From a virus (Duplodnaviria > Caudoviricetes), in the IMG/VR virus record IMGVR_UViG_3300048592_001391, positions 1,513 through 65,512 of that record: a stretch of DNA of 64,000 nucleotides; one strand, 5' to 3'. Of this stretch, positions 39,282 to 49,191 are shown one piece after another (the stretch's first letter is position 1; each line of letters starts with the position of its first letter). Both the position numbers and the translations under genes were made by a program. The notes under the pieces were generated by a model. It saw only the letters and a list, made by a program, of their open reading frames with translations, was not told where the DNA came from and ran no database searches.

Positions 39282-39900
39282 CCCACAGGTTGACAACAAT
39301 ACATTCGAGCAGAAGATCATGCTCCGCAAGACGGCGCTCAATCAACTGGCGGCCTGGGGCGACACGGCCGTCGTCATGGAGACACATGGCGGCATTGGCG
39401 ATGTCTGGAGCGCCTTGTACCACGATATTGCCGATGGTGTGGTCATGGAGAAGAAAGGCGACCGCGCCATCCATCTGGCGCATCAACGGCCGTCATGGGC
39501 AGTCTATGAGTGCGATAGTGTTCACGCGCTCACCTACGGGGCGGGGAAACATCTGGCCGTCAACCTGTTGGATGTTGACCCATACGGCTCCTGCTGGGAT
39601 ACAGTCCGCGCCTTCTTCACCAGCGAACGGCCGTTTGCCCGGCGCATGGTGCTGGTCGTCAATGACGGGATGCGGCAAAAGGTACGGGTTGGTGGCGCCT
39701 TCGACACGGAGATACTTCAGCCCGTTGTCCAGAAGTGGGGCAATGACCTGTGGGACATCTATCTGGATGTGTGCCGCTATCTGGTGGGGAGCTTTACGGC
39801 CGTGCCTGGCTACCGGGTAACGTTCTTCGACGGCTATTACTGCGGGGTGGAACTGAAGATGACCCACTTTGTGGCGGTGCTGGAACAACCATCTGCGTGA
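39274..39900 (+). CDS. SAM-dependent methyltransferase-like protein
   Basis: METHGGIG (motif I-like), YECDS, LLDVDPYGS. Confidence 0.6.
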   Translation: MNNPQVDNNTFEQKIMLRKTALNQLAAWGDTAVVMETHGGIGDVWSALYHDIADGVVMEKKGDRAIHLAHQRPSWAVYECDSVHALTYGAGKHLAVNLLDVDPYGSCWDTVRAFFTSERPFARRMVLVVNDGMRQKVRVGGAFDTEILQPVVQKWGNDLWDIYLDVCRYLVGSFTAVPGYRVTFFDGYYCGVELKMTHFVAVLEQPSA

Positions 39901-39915
39901 CGCCACGAAAATGGT

Positions 39916-39952
39916 AACAAAAAAGCCGGGGCTATCCCGGCTTTTGCTTTTT
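39916..39952. terminator. bidirectional intrinsic terminator
   Basis: AAAAGCCGGG-gctat-CCCGGCTTTT with A/T tracts, between convergent genes. Confidence 0.85.
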
Positions 39953-39968
39953 GGTGGTACGGCCGTAC

Positions 39969-40328
39969 TCAGGCAAAGAATCCGCCGCGTCCCTGCCCAC
40001 ATGAGGCGCAGGTCTGGCTGATCATCCGACGGCCGTCGAACTCATCCTCATCATCCTCCCAGTTGTGGCCACGCACAACACAGCGCGAATACACCAGCCA
40101 GTACCAGAGGATGAAGCGGGTCGCGGCCAGCAGCGCCAGTACACGGCCTGATAACGGCCGTAAGCCAAGCGTATGGCGCTCCTCTGCATCGCAATCCACC
40201 ATCAGCGGCAAATCGCGCCGCAACTGCCACCACTGGGACATGGTGAAGTCATGCACCATCGCTCCCAACTTCCACAAGCCTACGGCCGTCTCTGGCCGCT
40301 GCTGACATTTCTCTTGCCAAGTCTTCAT
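39969..40328 (-). CDS. hypothetical protein
   Basis: SD AAGGAG; C-terminal C..GHNW...CASCG. Confidence 0.55.
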   Translation of the reverse strand: MKTWQEKCQQRPETAVGLWKLGAMVHDFTMSQWWQLRRDLPLMVDCDAEERHTLGLRPLSGRVLALLAATRFILWYWLVYSRCVVRGHNWEDDEDEFDGRRMISQTCASCGQGRGGFFA

Positions 40329-40471
40329 GTCACTCTCCTTGCCCCCCTACCCCTTGCCTGTGGGCGAAACCCCTAACGCCCACAGGCTGAGGAGGAGGAA
40401 AACCCGAACCCGGTTGGTTCAGTCGTTGTACGGCCGTTCCGCATTGGAACAATACGGAACGGCCAATTGAT

Positions 40472-40502
40472 AAAGCTAACAGTATACGTAATATTGTGTC
40501 AA
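40472..40502 (-). promoter_or_regulatory. sigma70-type promoter
   Basis: TTGACA-18-TAGCTT with TG, in an AT-rich intergenic stretch. Confidence 0.5.
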
Positions 40503-40696
40503 ATGATTGACGCAGGAAAATGGGTGATTCACTCGACTGAGCTAACCGCTTCTGCCACCCACAGCCAGCGCCAACGGCCATGTCAAGGCCACCAGAACCC
40601 GCGTCGATAGGCGGAACCAGAACGGCCCATCTACCGCCGTACACAGTCCGCCTATCAGCGCCCCAATCAACAGGTAGTAGGCAATGATAGCCAGCA

Positions 40697-41074
40697 TCAC
40701 GCCATTGGCTCCGGGATTGCCGCATAGTAGAGTACGGCCGTACCCGCAGGTTGGCCGAACGTGAACTGCCACCCATCCGGCGTGTACCGGGCAATGGTGT
40801 AGTAGCTCGGCTTCGCGCCGTCTGTGAAGGCCACATGCACCAGCAGGTAAGCGCCATGATGCTCCTGACCGGGTGGGCTTTCCATATCACACCAGCGAAA
40901 CGGTCGTGCATACTGGTCATTGGAGAGAAAGAAGCTCCTGCTCTCATCTGCCTCATGCCGCGCCTGGAGCGCCAAATAGTATGTGCCTTTCAGCCCACTG
41001 GCGGCTATCTCATCCTCTATTTCTAGCAAGTAACCGGCAATTCGATCCTGAAAATCTTGCATCACTTTACTCAC
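40697..41074 (-). CDS. hypothetical protein
   Basis: SD AGGAGG, GTGA overlap. Confidence 0.55.
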   Translation of the reverse strand: MSKVMQDFQDRIAGYLLEIEDEIAASGLKGTYYLALQARHEADESRSFFLSNDQYARPFRWCDMESPPGQEHHGAYLLVHVAFTDGAKPSYYTIARYTPDGWQFTFGQPAGTAVLYYAAIPEPMA

Positions 41075-41310
41075 GCTGCTACCTCCTTCTGACTAACTGG
41101 TTGGCGTACGGCCGTAATCGTCCACCGCCCATCACCCACCCGAACAACCGGTATACGGATTGCCCCATTTTTGAGGAATATCCACGCCGCCTTGACAGTC
41201 TCATCATCGCCATACACCACATGCACCCGCTTGCGCCACGAACGGCCGTTCACGCTGACCACCTGTCCCCGATAGGACACATGCTTGCCTTCAATGCGTT
41301 CGCCATTCAT
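41071..41310 (-). CDS. hypothetical protein
   Basis: Coupled small ORF. Confidence 0.5.
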   Translation of the reverse strand: MNGERIEGKHVSYRGQVVSVNGRSWRKRVHVVYGDDETVKAAWIFLKNGAIRIPVVRVGDGRWTITAVRQPVSQKEVAA

Positions 41311-41732
41311 CGTACCCCCCGGTAGTAGTTGATGACTGCCCGAGAGCCGCCCATGGGGCTGGTATAGCCGGGCATGTCGTCATAGCTAACACGGCCGTTA
41401 GCGTGTTTGCACACATCGCACAGCGTTTCCTCGTTGGGCTGGAGAATGATCGTGCATCGCCCACAGCGCGGCATACTGGCATAGTCCACCGGGATAATCT
41501 CCGGCACTTCTTCCGGCGCGGCGGCTTCTTCCGGGTCTATCCCCGCTTCGGCGAACCCATGCAACAGGCGCGGCCGTAGTGCGTGAAGGCTGAACCCGTA
41601 GTAGTTCTCTTCCAGAAAGCGGGTGATACTCAGCCCCCGCCCCACTTCCAGATAACGGGCAACCATCTCGGCCGGCAGCGGGGCAGTAGAACACATGCGC
41701 TTATGCAAGCCACTGATACGGCCGAACTCCAT
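41307..41732 (-). CDS. hypothetical protein with CxxC..CxxC zinc ribbon
   Basis: RCGRC...LCDVC. Confidence 0.55.
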   Translation of the reverse strand: MEFGRISGLHKRMCSTAPLPAEMVARYLEVGRGLSITRFLEENYYGFSLHALRPRLLHGFAEAGIDPEEAAAPEEVPEIIPVDYASMPRCGRCTIILQPNEETLCDVCKHANGRVSYDDMPGYTSPMGGSRAVINYYRGVR

Positions 41733-41759
41733 CCCGCAACGGCTACAAAGTATCGGCCA

Positions 41760-42329
41760 TCATTGCACCTCCCGCGCTGCTGTTGGCCCACTCTGCCCCT
41801 GATAACGGCCGTTGCCATCGCCATACGGCCGTACGGGAGCCTCGGACATTTGCGCGAATACCAACTGCATCAGCGGCTTACCGGCCGTCAGCACCACCGG
41901 CCAGGGCGCTACGTTAATCAGTTCCCATGTCCACTGCCCCTGAAAGCCCGGATCGCCCCACCCCGCATGAAGATGCTCCAGCCCCACCCGCCCTGTGGAT
42001 GATTTGGACATAAGAATGGCGCTCATATTGGGCGGTACGGCCGTAAACTCCAGACTGCTGCACAACACAAACTCACCCGGCCAAAGCGTGAAGGTGTCAA
42101 ACACCTGCTCCGGTTCCCAAAAGGCGTCCGGGTTGGCCTTTGGGTCGCGGTTGTACTTGGGCAACAGTGCCCACGCCACCCGCCGCGCCAATGGGTTACG
42201 CCACCGCCACCGAGGGCGGCGCAGCTTGTACCCCAGGCACAGGTCATAGCTGGCAGGGTTCACCTGCCTGTCACTGAATGGGTGAATGGAACTACGCAGT
42301 TCTCGTATTTGCTTATCACTCAGAATCAT
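41760..42329 (-). CDS. dcd: dCTP deaminase
   Basis: MILSDKQI, VNPASYDL, SKSSTGRVGL, AGWGDPGFQG, RYQGQSG. Confidence 0.92.
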   Translation of the reverse strand: MILSDKQIRELRSSIHPFSDRQVNPASYDLCLGYKLRRPRWRWRNPLARRVAWALLPKYNRDPKANPDAFWEPEQVFDTFTLWPGEFVLCSSLEFTAVPPNMSAILMSKSSTGRVGLEHLHAGWGDPGFQGQWTWELINVAPWPVVLTAGKPLMQLVFAQMSEAPVRPYGDGNGRYQGQSGPTAAREVQ

Positions 42330-42789
42330 TTGTTCCTCCGAAGACAATACGCGCTATCTCGTCGGCGCTCTTCTCTCCATGCAAGCTCCACACCACACGG
42401 CGCGGAGTTTGCTTAATTGGGCTATTCAACCGGTAGTAGTTTCCATCAATAATCTCGACCTCTTCGATGGTCTCCCACTCCACCACCTCCACCGACATGG
42501 CATTCGGGTCTCCCAAATCGTAATCCAGGCAAAACCGCTCTGCCTGTTCAATCGTCACCGGGAGAGAGCTATACACAGAGAAGGTGATCGGTAGCTCCTT
42601 CATCTTGTACAAGGCGCGGCAGGTGAAGTAAATAGAGTGAATCAGCCCAAAAGTGCGTGATGATGTGTCAATCACCTTCACACTCGGGTTTGCTCCCTCA
42701 GTCGTATGGCTTACCCGCTCCGTGCGCACGACCTCAGTCCAGATTCCGTCTATCCACTCCTCTGGATGTAGTATTCTTTTGCTCATCAT
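42316..42789 (-). CDS. hypothetical protein
   Basis: Coupled ORF MMSKRILHPEEW. Confidence 0.55.
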   Translation of the reverse strand: MMSKRILHPEEWIDGIWTEVVRTERVSHTTEGANPSVKVIDTSSRTFGLIHSIYFTCRALYKMKELPITFSVYSSLPVTIEQAERFCLDYDLGDPNAMSVEVVEWETIEEVEIIDGNYYRLNSPIKQTPRRVVWSLHGEKSADEIARIVFGGTNDSE

Positions 42790-43103
42790 ACCGCCGTCTC
42801 CATGTGGGCACTCGCCCATGCTGGATGCCGATACAACCAATCATGGTTGTCCGACATCACATCAAATACCTCATGCACATAAGGCGGAGTTAGCCCGCCT
42901 TCTTCCCGGCGCTTCTCCAAGTACCAGGGGATGAATGATTGCGGCCCCTCGCGGAACTTCTCCGCGTACTCCGCATAGAACTGCTGCACCCATAGCAGGG
43001 GTTGGTTGTGCAACACGGCCGTCAGCGCAATGTCGGCGTCTGTCACCAGCAAACGGGCTGTCTTCCAAGGCGGCTCTTTCTTCATCATGTCCACCCATCC
43101 CAT
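42786..43103 (-). CDS. hypothetical protein
   Basis: Coupled ORF. Confidence 0.5.
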   Translation of the reverse strand: MGWVDMMKKEPPWKTARLLVTDADIALTAVLHNQPLLWVQQFYAEYAEKFREGPQSFIPWYLEKRREEGGLTPPYVHEVFDVMSDNHDWLYRHPAWASAHMETAV

Positions 43104-43510
43104 TCGTGATTGAAAGCGTCAATTGCCGTAATGCTTTTGCGCGGCCCAAACCCCGCAATCGGCCAGCGCATCACCACGTAGTTGATGTCACTCACCATCA
43201 CCAGCAGCGACACGCCGCCCAACTTGTGGTTTTCATCCAGCGCCTCAACCTGATGCGGTTCAAGGCGACTGTAGACCAGCCGATCCGTACACGTCTTCAC
43301 CTCGGCCAAGACGCGGCGACCACCCGGCATAATGCCGCGAAAGTCCCCGCTCACCTTTTGCTTGTAGGTGTACTGCACCCATACCCCCTGTCGCGCCGTG
43401 ATGGTGATAGGCGTCGCAATCTGCTCCACCATCTGCACCCCTTTGGTACGCAGGGCAATCATGGCAATGTCCTCACCCGTTCGGCCAATGGCCTGGCTCT
43501 TTCTTCCCAT
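43085..43510 (-). CDS. RecU-like Holliday junction resolvase (PD-(D/E)xK)
   Basis: GRTGE, IATP, GDFRG, LAEVKT, LEPHQVEAL. Confidence 0.8.
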   Translation of the reverse strand: MGRKSQAIGRTGEDIAMIALRTKGVQMVEQIATPITITARQGVWVQYTYKQKVSGDFRGIMPGGRRVLAEVKTCTDRLVYSRLEPHQVEALDENHKLGGVSLLVMVSDINYVVMRWPIAGFGPRKSITAIDAFNHEWDGWT

Positions 43511-43562
43511 GCTCTACACTCCTTCCCGGAACAGCCCGGAACAGCATACGGCCGTAGCGAAT

Positions 43563-43922
43563 TTACGGCCGTAACAGTGACCACAACCACAACAAAAAGC
43601 TGGCAATCCCCGCCAGTAACATGGCGAACAGCCAAACCAGCAAGGCAAAGTCCGACACATAGCGACCGGCCTCGTTCGGCGGTTCGCTGCCCGTGTCCCA
43701 TAACTCGGCATGGTTCAGGTTATCCAGCCGGGGGTACACGTACAGATGCCCCATGTTTGGCTCACTCGGGTCTACAACCATCGTCTCGATGAAGCGTTCC
43801 CCGTCCATGCGGAGCTGGACAAGCCCAATGTCTACAGTTGGAACCATGATGTCGGTTCCCGGCATCAGGAAGCGGCGGATCAATGGCCCGTCGCCGCTGT
43901 CGGTGGCAATATCATCGCTCAT
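43563..43922 (-). CDS. hypothetical membrane protein
   Basis: C-terminal hydrophobic helix. Confidence 0.5.
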   Translation of the reverse strand: MSDDIATDSGDGPLIRRFLMPGTDIMVPTVDIGLVQLRMDGERFIETMVVDPSEPNMGHLYVYPRLDNLNHAELWDTGSEPPNEAGRYVSDFALLVWLFAMLLAGIASFLLWLWSLLRP

Positions 43923-44317
43923 TGGTCGGCCTCCCGCTCAGCAACGGCCGTCAAATGCCCGGCGCGGATTGTCTTCTTGTTGGTCCACAAGTTGAACAGG
44001 AACCCATCGGCATAATCCAGCCGCCACCCATGCCGCCGCAACTGCCAGATGAGGTCAGTCACGTTGCCTACGGTCATCGTTGCCCAATCCCACTCTTGGT
44101 TTTGGGCATGGCGCGTGTATGATTCCGTGCCAATCACCATATCCTCGAACTGAAGATATAGTTGCTTGTCGTCAACTGTGGCGTTGACGGCCGTTGGCTT
44201 CTCCCCTGCCGATAGCATCAGGATCGTATCGTTCATCCCGGCGCCGATCTCGACGGCCGTCAGGTCGCCCGTGAAACGGCCGTGTGCGTCATTGACGCGC
44301 AGTCCTACATACCACAT
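43919..44317 (-). CDS. hypothetical protein
   Basis: Coupled ORF. Confidence 0.55.
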   Translation of the reverse strand: MWYVGLRVNDAHGRFTGDLTAVEIGAGMNDTILMLSAGEKPTAVNATVDDKQLYLQFEDMVIGTESYTRHAQNQEWDWATMTVGNVTDLIWQLRRHGWRLDYADGFLFNLWTNKKTIRAGHLTAVAEREADQ

Positions 44318-45000
44318 GGATAATCTCCGGGGTGTCCGATGTGCTCAAATCGAATCGCCCATACCAGCGGGTTACTGTCCCAATCAAACCCGCGCTGCTT
44401 GTTGATACTGTCCCATAGGTTGGCGAACGCAGTACGGTAAATCCCGTCATACATCGTCACCGTTCGTTCGGGCAAAGCGACCCCCTCAGCCTGTGCATCT
44501 TCTTCCGTAATCTCCTGCAACCACTCGGCGCGCACTGCCTTCGCCTGAATCAAGGCGCGGCTCAGCGAACCGTACATGAAGCGGGCAGGCGTTGGGGCAT
44601 ACGGCCGTTTCCGCTCACAAAACAGGTTCCACTCCGGCGCGGCAAGTACCACATCAAACGCCTTGTTGTCGGCCAAGTAACGGCCGGTAACACGACTGCG
44701 CCAGGCGTACTCAATCTGGTAGCCTTCCAGCATCAGCAGGCGTTGGTCAGGGGTATAAGGCGCTTTGGCTCCCCACTCGCCGTACACATCATACGCGCCG
44801 AATATCTCGTCACCGGGGTAAATCTCGCCGTCCTTGTCCACCTTCTCCGGGTGGTACAAGCCGGTGACAATCTCACCCACACCGAACGGTGGCTGATTGC
44901 GGACAATGCGACGGGTGGCCGTCTTGGATGTGTCCAGGACGCGGGGAACTAAGGGGGCTGAGAAGGCGATACGGCCGTAGGGTTTGGTTGGCTTGCTCAT
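44305..45000 (-). CDS. ASCH/PUA-like phage protein
   Basis: KTATRR, VRAEWLQEITEEDAQAEG, FANLWDSIN...WDSNPLVWAIRF. Confidence 0.75.
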   Translation of the reverse strand: MSKPTKPYGRIAFSAPLVPRVLDTSKTATRRIVRNQPPFGVGEIVTGLYHPEKVDKDGEIYPGDEIFGAYDVYGEWGAKAPYTPDQRLLMLEGYQIEYAWRSRVTGRYLADNKAFDVVLAAPEWNLFCERKRPYAPTPARFMYGSLSRALIQAKAVRAEWLQEITEEDAQAEGVALPERTVTMYDGIYRTAFANLWDSINKQRGFDWDSNPLVWAIRFEHIGHPGDYPCGM

Positions 45001-45308
45001 TCCTCGATCTCCACCAGAAAGACCAATCGTCCTAACCAGTCGGCGGCTTGCTCCAGCCGCGCACGGCGGAAACCCTCGCTTTCATCCCACATCTGTGCGC
45101 CCATGTAATTAAACGCGCCCTGATTCAAGCGATACCGTATCCCGTTCACATTGGCGGTGACAATGATTTCGATACAGCCATTGTCGGGCAACACCTTGGC
45201 CTCAACCGTGCAGTTCTTCAACCGCTCAGTGTAGTAGCGCTGGATGCGCACGGCCGTTTCTTCCATGTAATCGTATCGGCGTGCCAAGTCTCGAATGGTC
45301 ATGTTCAT
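44997..45308 (-). CDS. hypothetical protein
   Basis: ATGA overlaps at both ends. Confidence 0.55.
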   Translation of the reverse strand: MNMTIRDLARRYDYMEETAVRIQRYYTERLKNCTVEAKVLPDNGCIEIIVTANVNGIRYRLNQGAFNYMGAQMWDESEGFRRARLEQAADWLGRLVFLVEIEE

Positions 45309-45967
45309 TGCTCACCTCTCAGCTTCTTGAGCGCCACCCGCATTCCCTCTTGCAAGTTGCCGCTCCCCATTGATGCCATGACCTCCAGAAGGTTCAGGAA
45401 CATGTCATGATCCCGATAAGCCTCCAGTTCCATTCCCATCCCGGCTGTCCAATGCGGATCGGCCTCAATGTCATACCGCCCCTGCTCCTCATCCCACTTG
45501 CCCAACATAAGGGGATCCGCTATTTCGCCCAAGATGTTAATGGGCGTACTCCGAACAAATACAGGGCGAAGCAGGTCTCTCAACGCCGCCTCGCAAGCAT
45601 CCTCGACAAGAGTGACGATTCTTTCCTCCTCAACAAGCGCCGCACCCATCTTGTCCACTAACCACTCTTCTGTTATCAGGCCAGGTATAGACGCCTTGTC
45701 CCGCCAGCACTCGGCTAACTTGTTTCCCAGTTTGTCAGTCAGTCCCACCCCAAACCATGCGTTCTTAGCGGTCACACTGACCGCAACGAAAACGTCAATT
45801 TCGCCGGTAGGTAGGTAGTAGTTGCATACCTCCTTGTCCGGGTCTCCTCCCCACCCGGTATACCCAAAGCGGCGAATCAGGTAAATCAGCGCCGGGCCTG
45901 CTGGCACAAATGGCAAGGAGCCATTTATGCCAAAAACCTTGATGACAATATCGTTTATGCTTATCAC
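45305..45967 (-). CDS. hypothetical protein
   Basis: 220-aa coupled ORF. Confidence 0.6.
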   Translation of the reverse strand: MISINDIVIKVFGINGSLPFVPAGPALIYLIRRFGYTGWGGDPDKEVCNYYLPTGEIDVFVAVSVTAKNAWFGVGLTDKLGNKLAECWRDKASIPGLITEEWLVDKMGAALVEEERIVTLVEDACEAALRDLLRPVFVRSTPINILGEIADPLMLGKWDEEQGRYDIEADPHWTAGMGMELEAYRDHDMFLNLLEVMASMGSGNLQEGMRVALKKLRGEQ

Positions 45968-46161
45968 ACTGCCTCTCCCAAGGTCTCCCCCATATCGGCA
46001 GACCGCTCGACCAACGCGGCAAAAACGCCTTGGCCGTATTCCAATTCACACTGAGCGCAGGAACAGGGCAATGCGCTTCTGTCGGTCTCGAACATCATGT
46101 CGTCGTAGCCCATCTGCCACGCATCCATGCCATCCTCGTACAAATCCTCGTTGTGTTGCAT
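45964..46161 (-). CDS. hypothetical protein
   Basis: Small coupled ORF. Confidence 0.5.
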   Translation of the reverse strand: MQHNEDLYEDGMDAWQMGYDDMMFETDRSALPCSCAQCELEYGQGVFAALVERSADMGETLGEAV

Positions 46162-46237
46162 ATCTCACCTATGGTCTTTGCCGGGACGGGGGCTGCCCGT
46201 TGCGGCGCATACTCGCCCGGCCTTTGCGGTTTCCCGC

Positions 46238-46489
46238 CTATGTGAATCGCGGCACTCCGCCGCAATCCAAAATCGCGCCAATAATTGCATTGCCCACATG
46301 AGCCTTGCCAAAATCACAACCACGCCACGGCTCTGTGTCGCGGATGTGGGCTGAAAGAATATCTTGCAAGACCGCAGCATCTTCCGCCCTTGCCTCGCGT
46401 CGCGCATTACACCGAAAGCATTGTCCGTTCTCATCCAGCGTATACCCACGCATCCCGCAAGATGGGCACTGTGAAATTGCTCCTAGCAT
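46238..46489 (-). CDS. hypothetical Cys-rich protein
   Basis: CPSCG...CFRC. Confidence 0.45.
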   Translation of the reverse strand: MLGAISQCPSCGMRGYTLDENGQCFRCNARREARAEDAAVLQDILSAHIRDTEPWRGCDFGKAHVGNAIIGAILDCGGVPRFT

Positions 46490-47139
46490 TAGTACATCCT
46501 CTGATACACCGGCCCGAACCGGCCAAACACCCGGCTGAACCGATGAACATTCGCCCCCAGATAAACCACCACACTGCCCTTCGTTGCCCCACGCACTGGC
46601 TCCAGCGTATCAGGCGACAGGTAGTTCACCCGCTTCCGCATCAGGCAGATCGGGTATGAGGCTATCCAGTGAAACCAACTCTCTGACGGGCTGGCAAAGG
46701 TGATCGCCATTGCCTGCGCCATGTCGCCGCGCTGGTAGCTCATGTCCAGCTTCTGCAACCATTCGCCAATGCCGGGCAGGTCTACGGCCGTATGCCACCC
46801 CCGCTCCACACAAATCTTCTTCTTGCACCCCGGCTTGCATCCCTGCTCAGTACGGCCGAACGGCGCATTCAACCAGATACGGCCGTTCACCTTCGCCCAC
46901 GATTCATCCAGCCCCCCGCCGCCCTGGGTCATGAAGGGCAAGCCGTCAAACTCACCACACGGAACCAACTCCGGGCGCGTGAAGTACCGCGCCGCCTTGA
47001 CAATGCTGTTGGCCTTCTCGCTGCTGGCCGGGTCAAGGTCAATGCCGCCCATGACCTCATGCACTGCTTCCATGATCTCATGCGGCGTGTACCACTCGGT
47101 CGAACCGCTGGTCTGGTTGATCAGTTGGTGGTTATTCAT
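46489..47139 (-). CDS. phage DNA N6-adenine methyltransferase (lambda/T1 Dam-like)
   Basis: EWYTP, IDLDPAS, WLNAPFG (NPPY variant), VVYLG. Confidence 0.8.
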   Translation of the reverse strand: MNNHQLINQTSGSTEWYTPHEIMEAVHEVMGGIDLDPASSEKANSIVKAARYFTRPELVPCGEFDGLPFMTQGGGGLDESWAKVNGRIWLNAPFGRTEQGCKPGCKKKICVERGWHTAVDLPGIGEWLQKLDMSYQRGDMAQAMAITFASPSESWFHWIASYPICLMRKRVNYLSPDTLEPVRGATKGSVVVYLGANVHRFSRVFGRFGPVYQRMY

Positions 47140-47383
47140 AGTTCACCTCGATTGGGGGCAATCCGTGTTCCAGATGCACCCGGTCAATGGCGACAATCGC
47201 AAACTTCAAGCCGCGTCCGGGGCGCGGGTAGGTGGCAGGTGTACGGCCGTACTGTGGATGCACGGCCGTTACCCACCCTAAGCTATCCCATTCCAGTTCC
47301 CAACCAGCAGCCGCCAGCGCAGCGGCCTGGGCGCGGAATTGTGGGGTTTGCAAGGCGTCTTTCATGCTCATTGCAGCACCCAC
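47132..47383 (-). CDS. hypothetical protein
   Basis: Coupled small ORF. Confidence 0.45.
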   Translation of the reverse strand: MGAAMSMKDALQTPQFRAQAAALAAAGWELEWDSLGWVTAVHPQYGRTPATYPRPGRGLKFAIVAIDRVHLEHGLPPIEVNYE

Positions 47384-47613
47384 TTCTCACCCGGAATGCG
47401 GATGGTGCGCGGCTGGCCGGGAATGAAGTCAATACGGCCGTTGCGCTTGAGGCTATCCAGCATGCGGGTCAGGCTGGATGTGCTGTTGATGTCCATAGCG
47501 GCGCACAATTCCCGCACGGTAGGCGAGATGCCCCCGGCGCACTCCTTGTAGGCCACAATGTGCTGATACAGTTCATTCAGCTTTTCCGGCTTCTCATACT
47601 CTCTTCGCTTCAC
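47368..47613 (-). CDS. LexA-like N-terminal DNA-binding (wHTH) protein lacking the peptidase domain
   Basis: ISPTVRELCAAMDINSTSSLTRMLDSLKRNGRI...PGQPRTIRI. Confidence 0.85.
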   Translation of the reverse strand: MKRREYEKPEKLNELYQHIVAYKECAGGISPTVRELCAAMDINSTSSLTRMLDSLKRNGRIDFIPGQPRTIRIPGEKWVLQ

Positions 47614-48092
47614 TCAACACCTCCTAGCTGCCATGTCAGCAGCGCATACGCCCACGGCGGCGCTTCCTCGTGGGTCTCGGCGTCAACCAGAAAGTCCACC
47701 GTCAGGAACCAGCTATACACAAACCCGCTGGGCGTGTACACACGGCCGTATCGCGGCACCACGGCCGTGCCACTGTCGCGGCACTCCCACACGCCTGCCC
47801 AATCCACCACCAATACCTGGCCGTACATGCCGGGCGGACAAGCCGCGTAACGGCCGTAGCCCTCATCTACCGGCGTCCCGTCGCCCAGATAGTCGGCGGT
47901 TCCAGCCAGACAATTGATCGGCGACACATCGCACAGCGCCGGGTTGTACCAACTGGCGCGAATGGGCAGATCGTCCGGGGCAATCACGCACTCGACGCCC
48001 GAACTGCTGTAGACACAGTGGCCCACAGGGGTAGCTTCGGCGTAGCACCACTGCCCCACCACCCCGATGATGAACAGGCAAACATGAATCAT
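47610..48092 (-). CDS. secreted 3D/RlpA-like double-psi barrel protein
   Basis: Hydrophobic N-terminus, ASWYNP, YAACPP, WECRDSG. Confidence 0.5.
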   Translation of the reverse strand: MIHVCLFIIGVVGQWCYAEATPVGHCVYSSSGVECVIAPDDLPIRASWYNPALCDVSPINCLAGTADYLGDGTPVDEGYGRYAACPPGMYGQVLVVDWAGVWECRDSGTAVVPRYGRVYTPSGFVYSWFLTVDFLVDAETHEEAPPWAYALLTWQLGGVE

Positions 48093-48961
48093 GCGAACAG
48101 GCTCCTCTGGGCGATACGGCCGTTGGCCGCTACCGTGCGCGGGGAAAGCCACAACGATTCCGTTGCCATCCGCTTGCCGCCATTCACCCGCGCTTCCCGG
48201 TCTACCCGCTGCCACCCATGCGCCTCGTACAATGCTTCGTACAGGTCGCTTGGGTAGCCAGAGAGCAGCACATACCCTTCCAGCCCGCGCAGCACTTCCG
48301 CCAGCTTGATGTGCGCCAATACGTCCGCATCCCCTTCCCGCTTGGCAAACTCGACAGGGTAAGCGGAGCGGGTGTTTGCCTTGCGGGTGGAGTACAGATA
48401 CGGCGGGTCAACGTAATGCACGGCCGTATCGGCGTCATAGCGGGGCAAAAACTCCAGCGCGTCCATGTTCTCAATGGCGACACCGCGCAAGCGTTCGGTG
48501 ATCTCAGGCAGATGGTCTACTCGGGCAAAGAGTTTGGCGGCAGATGTCATGGGCGCGGAGTTGTTACGGCCGGTGCTGATGAACGTCTGGCGACGGAAGG
48601 CAGGGAGTGTGTCGAACGGCCGTATCGCCGCCCAACAGCGGAAGTAAAAGCGACGGGCGGCTTCGATTGGGTCATCGGTAGGCTGGGTGCATAAGGCGAA
48701 CTCATCCGCCGCCCAGGGGGTCAGGCGAATGCGCTCGGCCAGTTCGGCGCCGTTATCCCGCTGCACCCGGAACAGGTTGACCACATCGCCGCTGGCGTCG
48801 TTGATCGTCTCCATGCGAAAGCGAGACGGATTGGAGAGCAAGACGGCCGCACTGCCCATGAATGCCTCTGTGTAGGAGTGCACCCCCTCACGCGGAATGT
48901 GGGACAGAATCCACGATGCCAGTGACCACTTGCCGCCCACATAGTCAATGTACTTGGTCAT
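48089..48961 (-). CDS. DNA adenine methyltransferase (D12/Dam class)
   Basis: YVGGKW, EAFMGSAAV, ETINDA, HYVDPPY, LSGY. Confidence 0.92.
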   Translation of the reverse strand: MTKYIDYVGGKWSLASWILSHIPREGVHSYTEAFMGSAAVLLSNPSRFRMETINDASGDVVNLFRVQRDNGAELAERIRLTPWAADEFALCTQPTDDPIEAARRFYFRCWAAIRPFDTLPAFRRQTFISTGRNNSAPMTSAAKLFARVDHLPEITERLRGVAIENMDALEFLPRYDADTAVHYVDPPYLYSTRKANTRSAYPVEFAKREGDADVLAHIKLAEVLRGLEGYVLLSGYPSDLYEALYEAHGWQRVDREARVNGGKRMATESLWLSPRTVAANGRIAQRSLFA

Positions 48962-49191
48962 GACGCCTGCTGCCCCTCATGCCAGCACAGCAGGTAGGAG
49001 CCTTTGGGCATGGTAGACGACGGCCGTACCTGGACGCCCTGAACCGTCACCGCATCCTGAATCTCTGTCGCTGGCGCCAACACAAACAGCAGCTTCTTCT
49101 GCTGACGGCCGTTGTAGTGGCTCATTGCCACACGCATCTTGGCCTCAATCGGTTCGCTTGACGGATCACTCCACATCATTCCTGTTGCCAT
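48958..49191 (-). CDS. hypothetical protein
   Basis: Coupled small ORF. Confidence 0.5.
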   Translation of the reverse strand: MATGMMWSDPSSEPIEAKMRVAMSHYNGRQQKKLLFVLAPATEIQDAVTVQGVQVRPSSTMPKGSYLLCWHEGQQAS

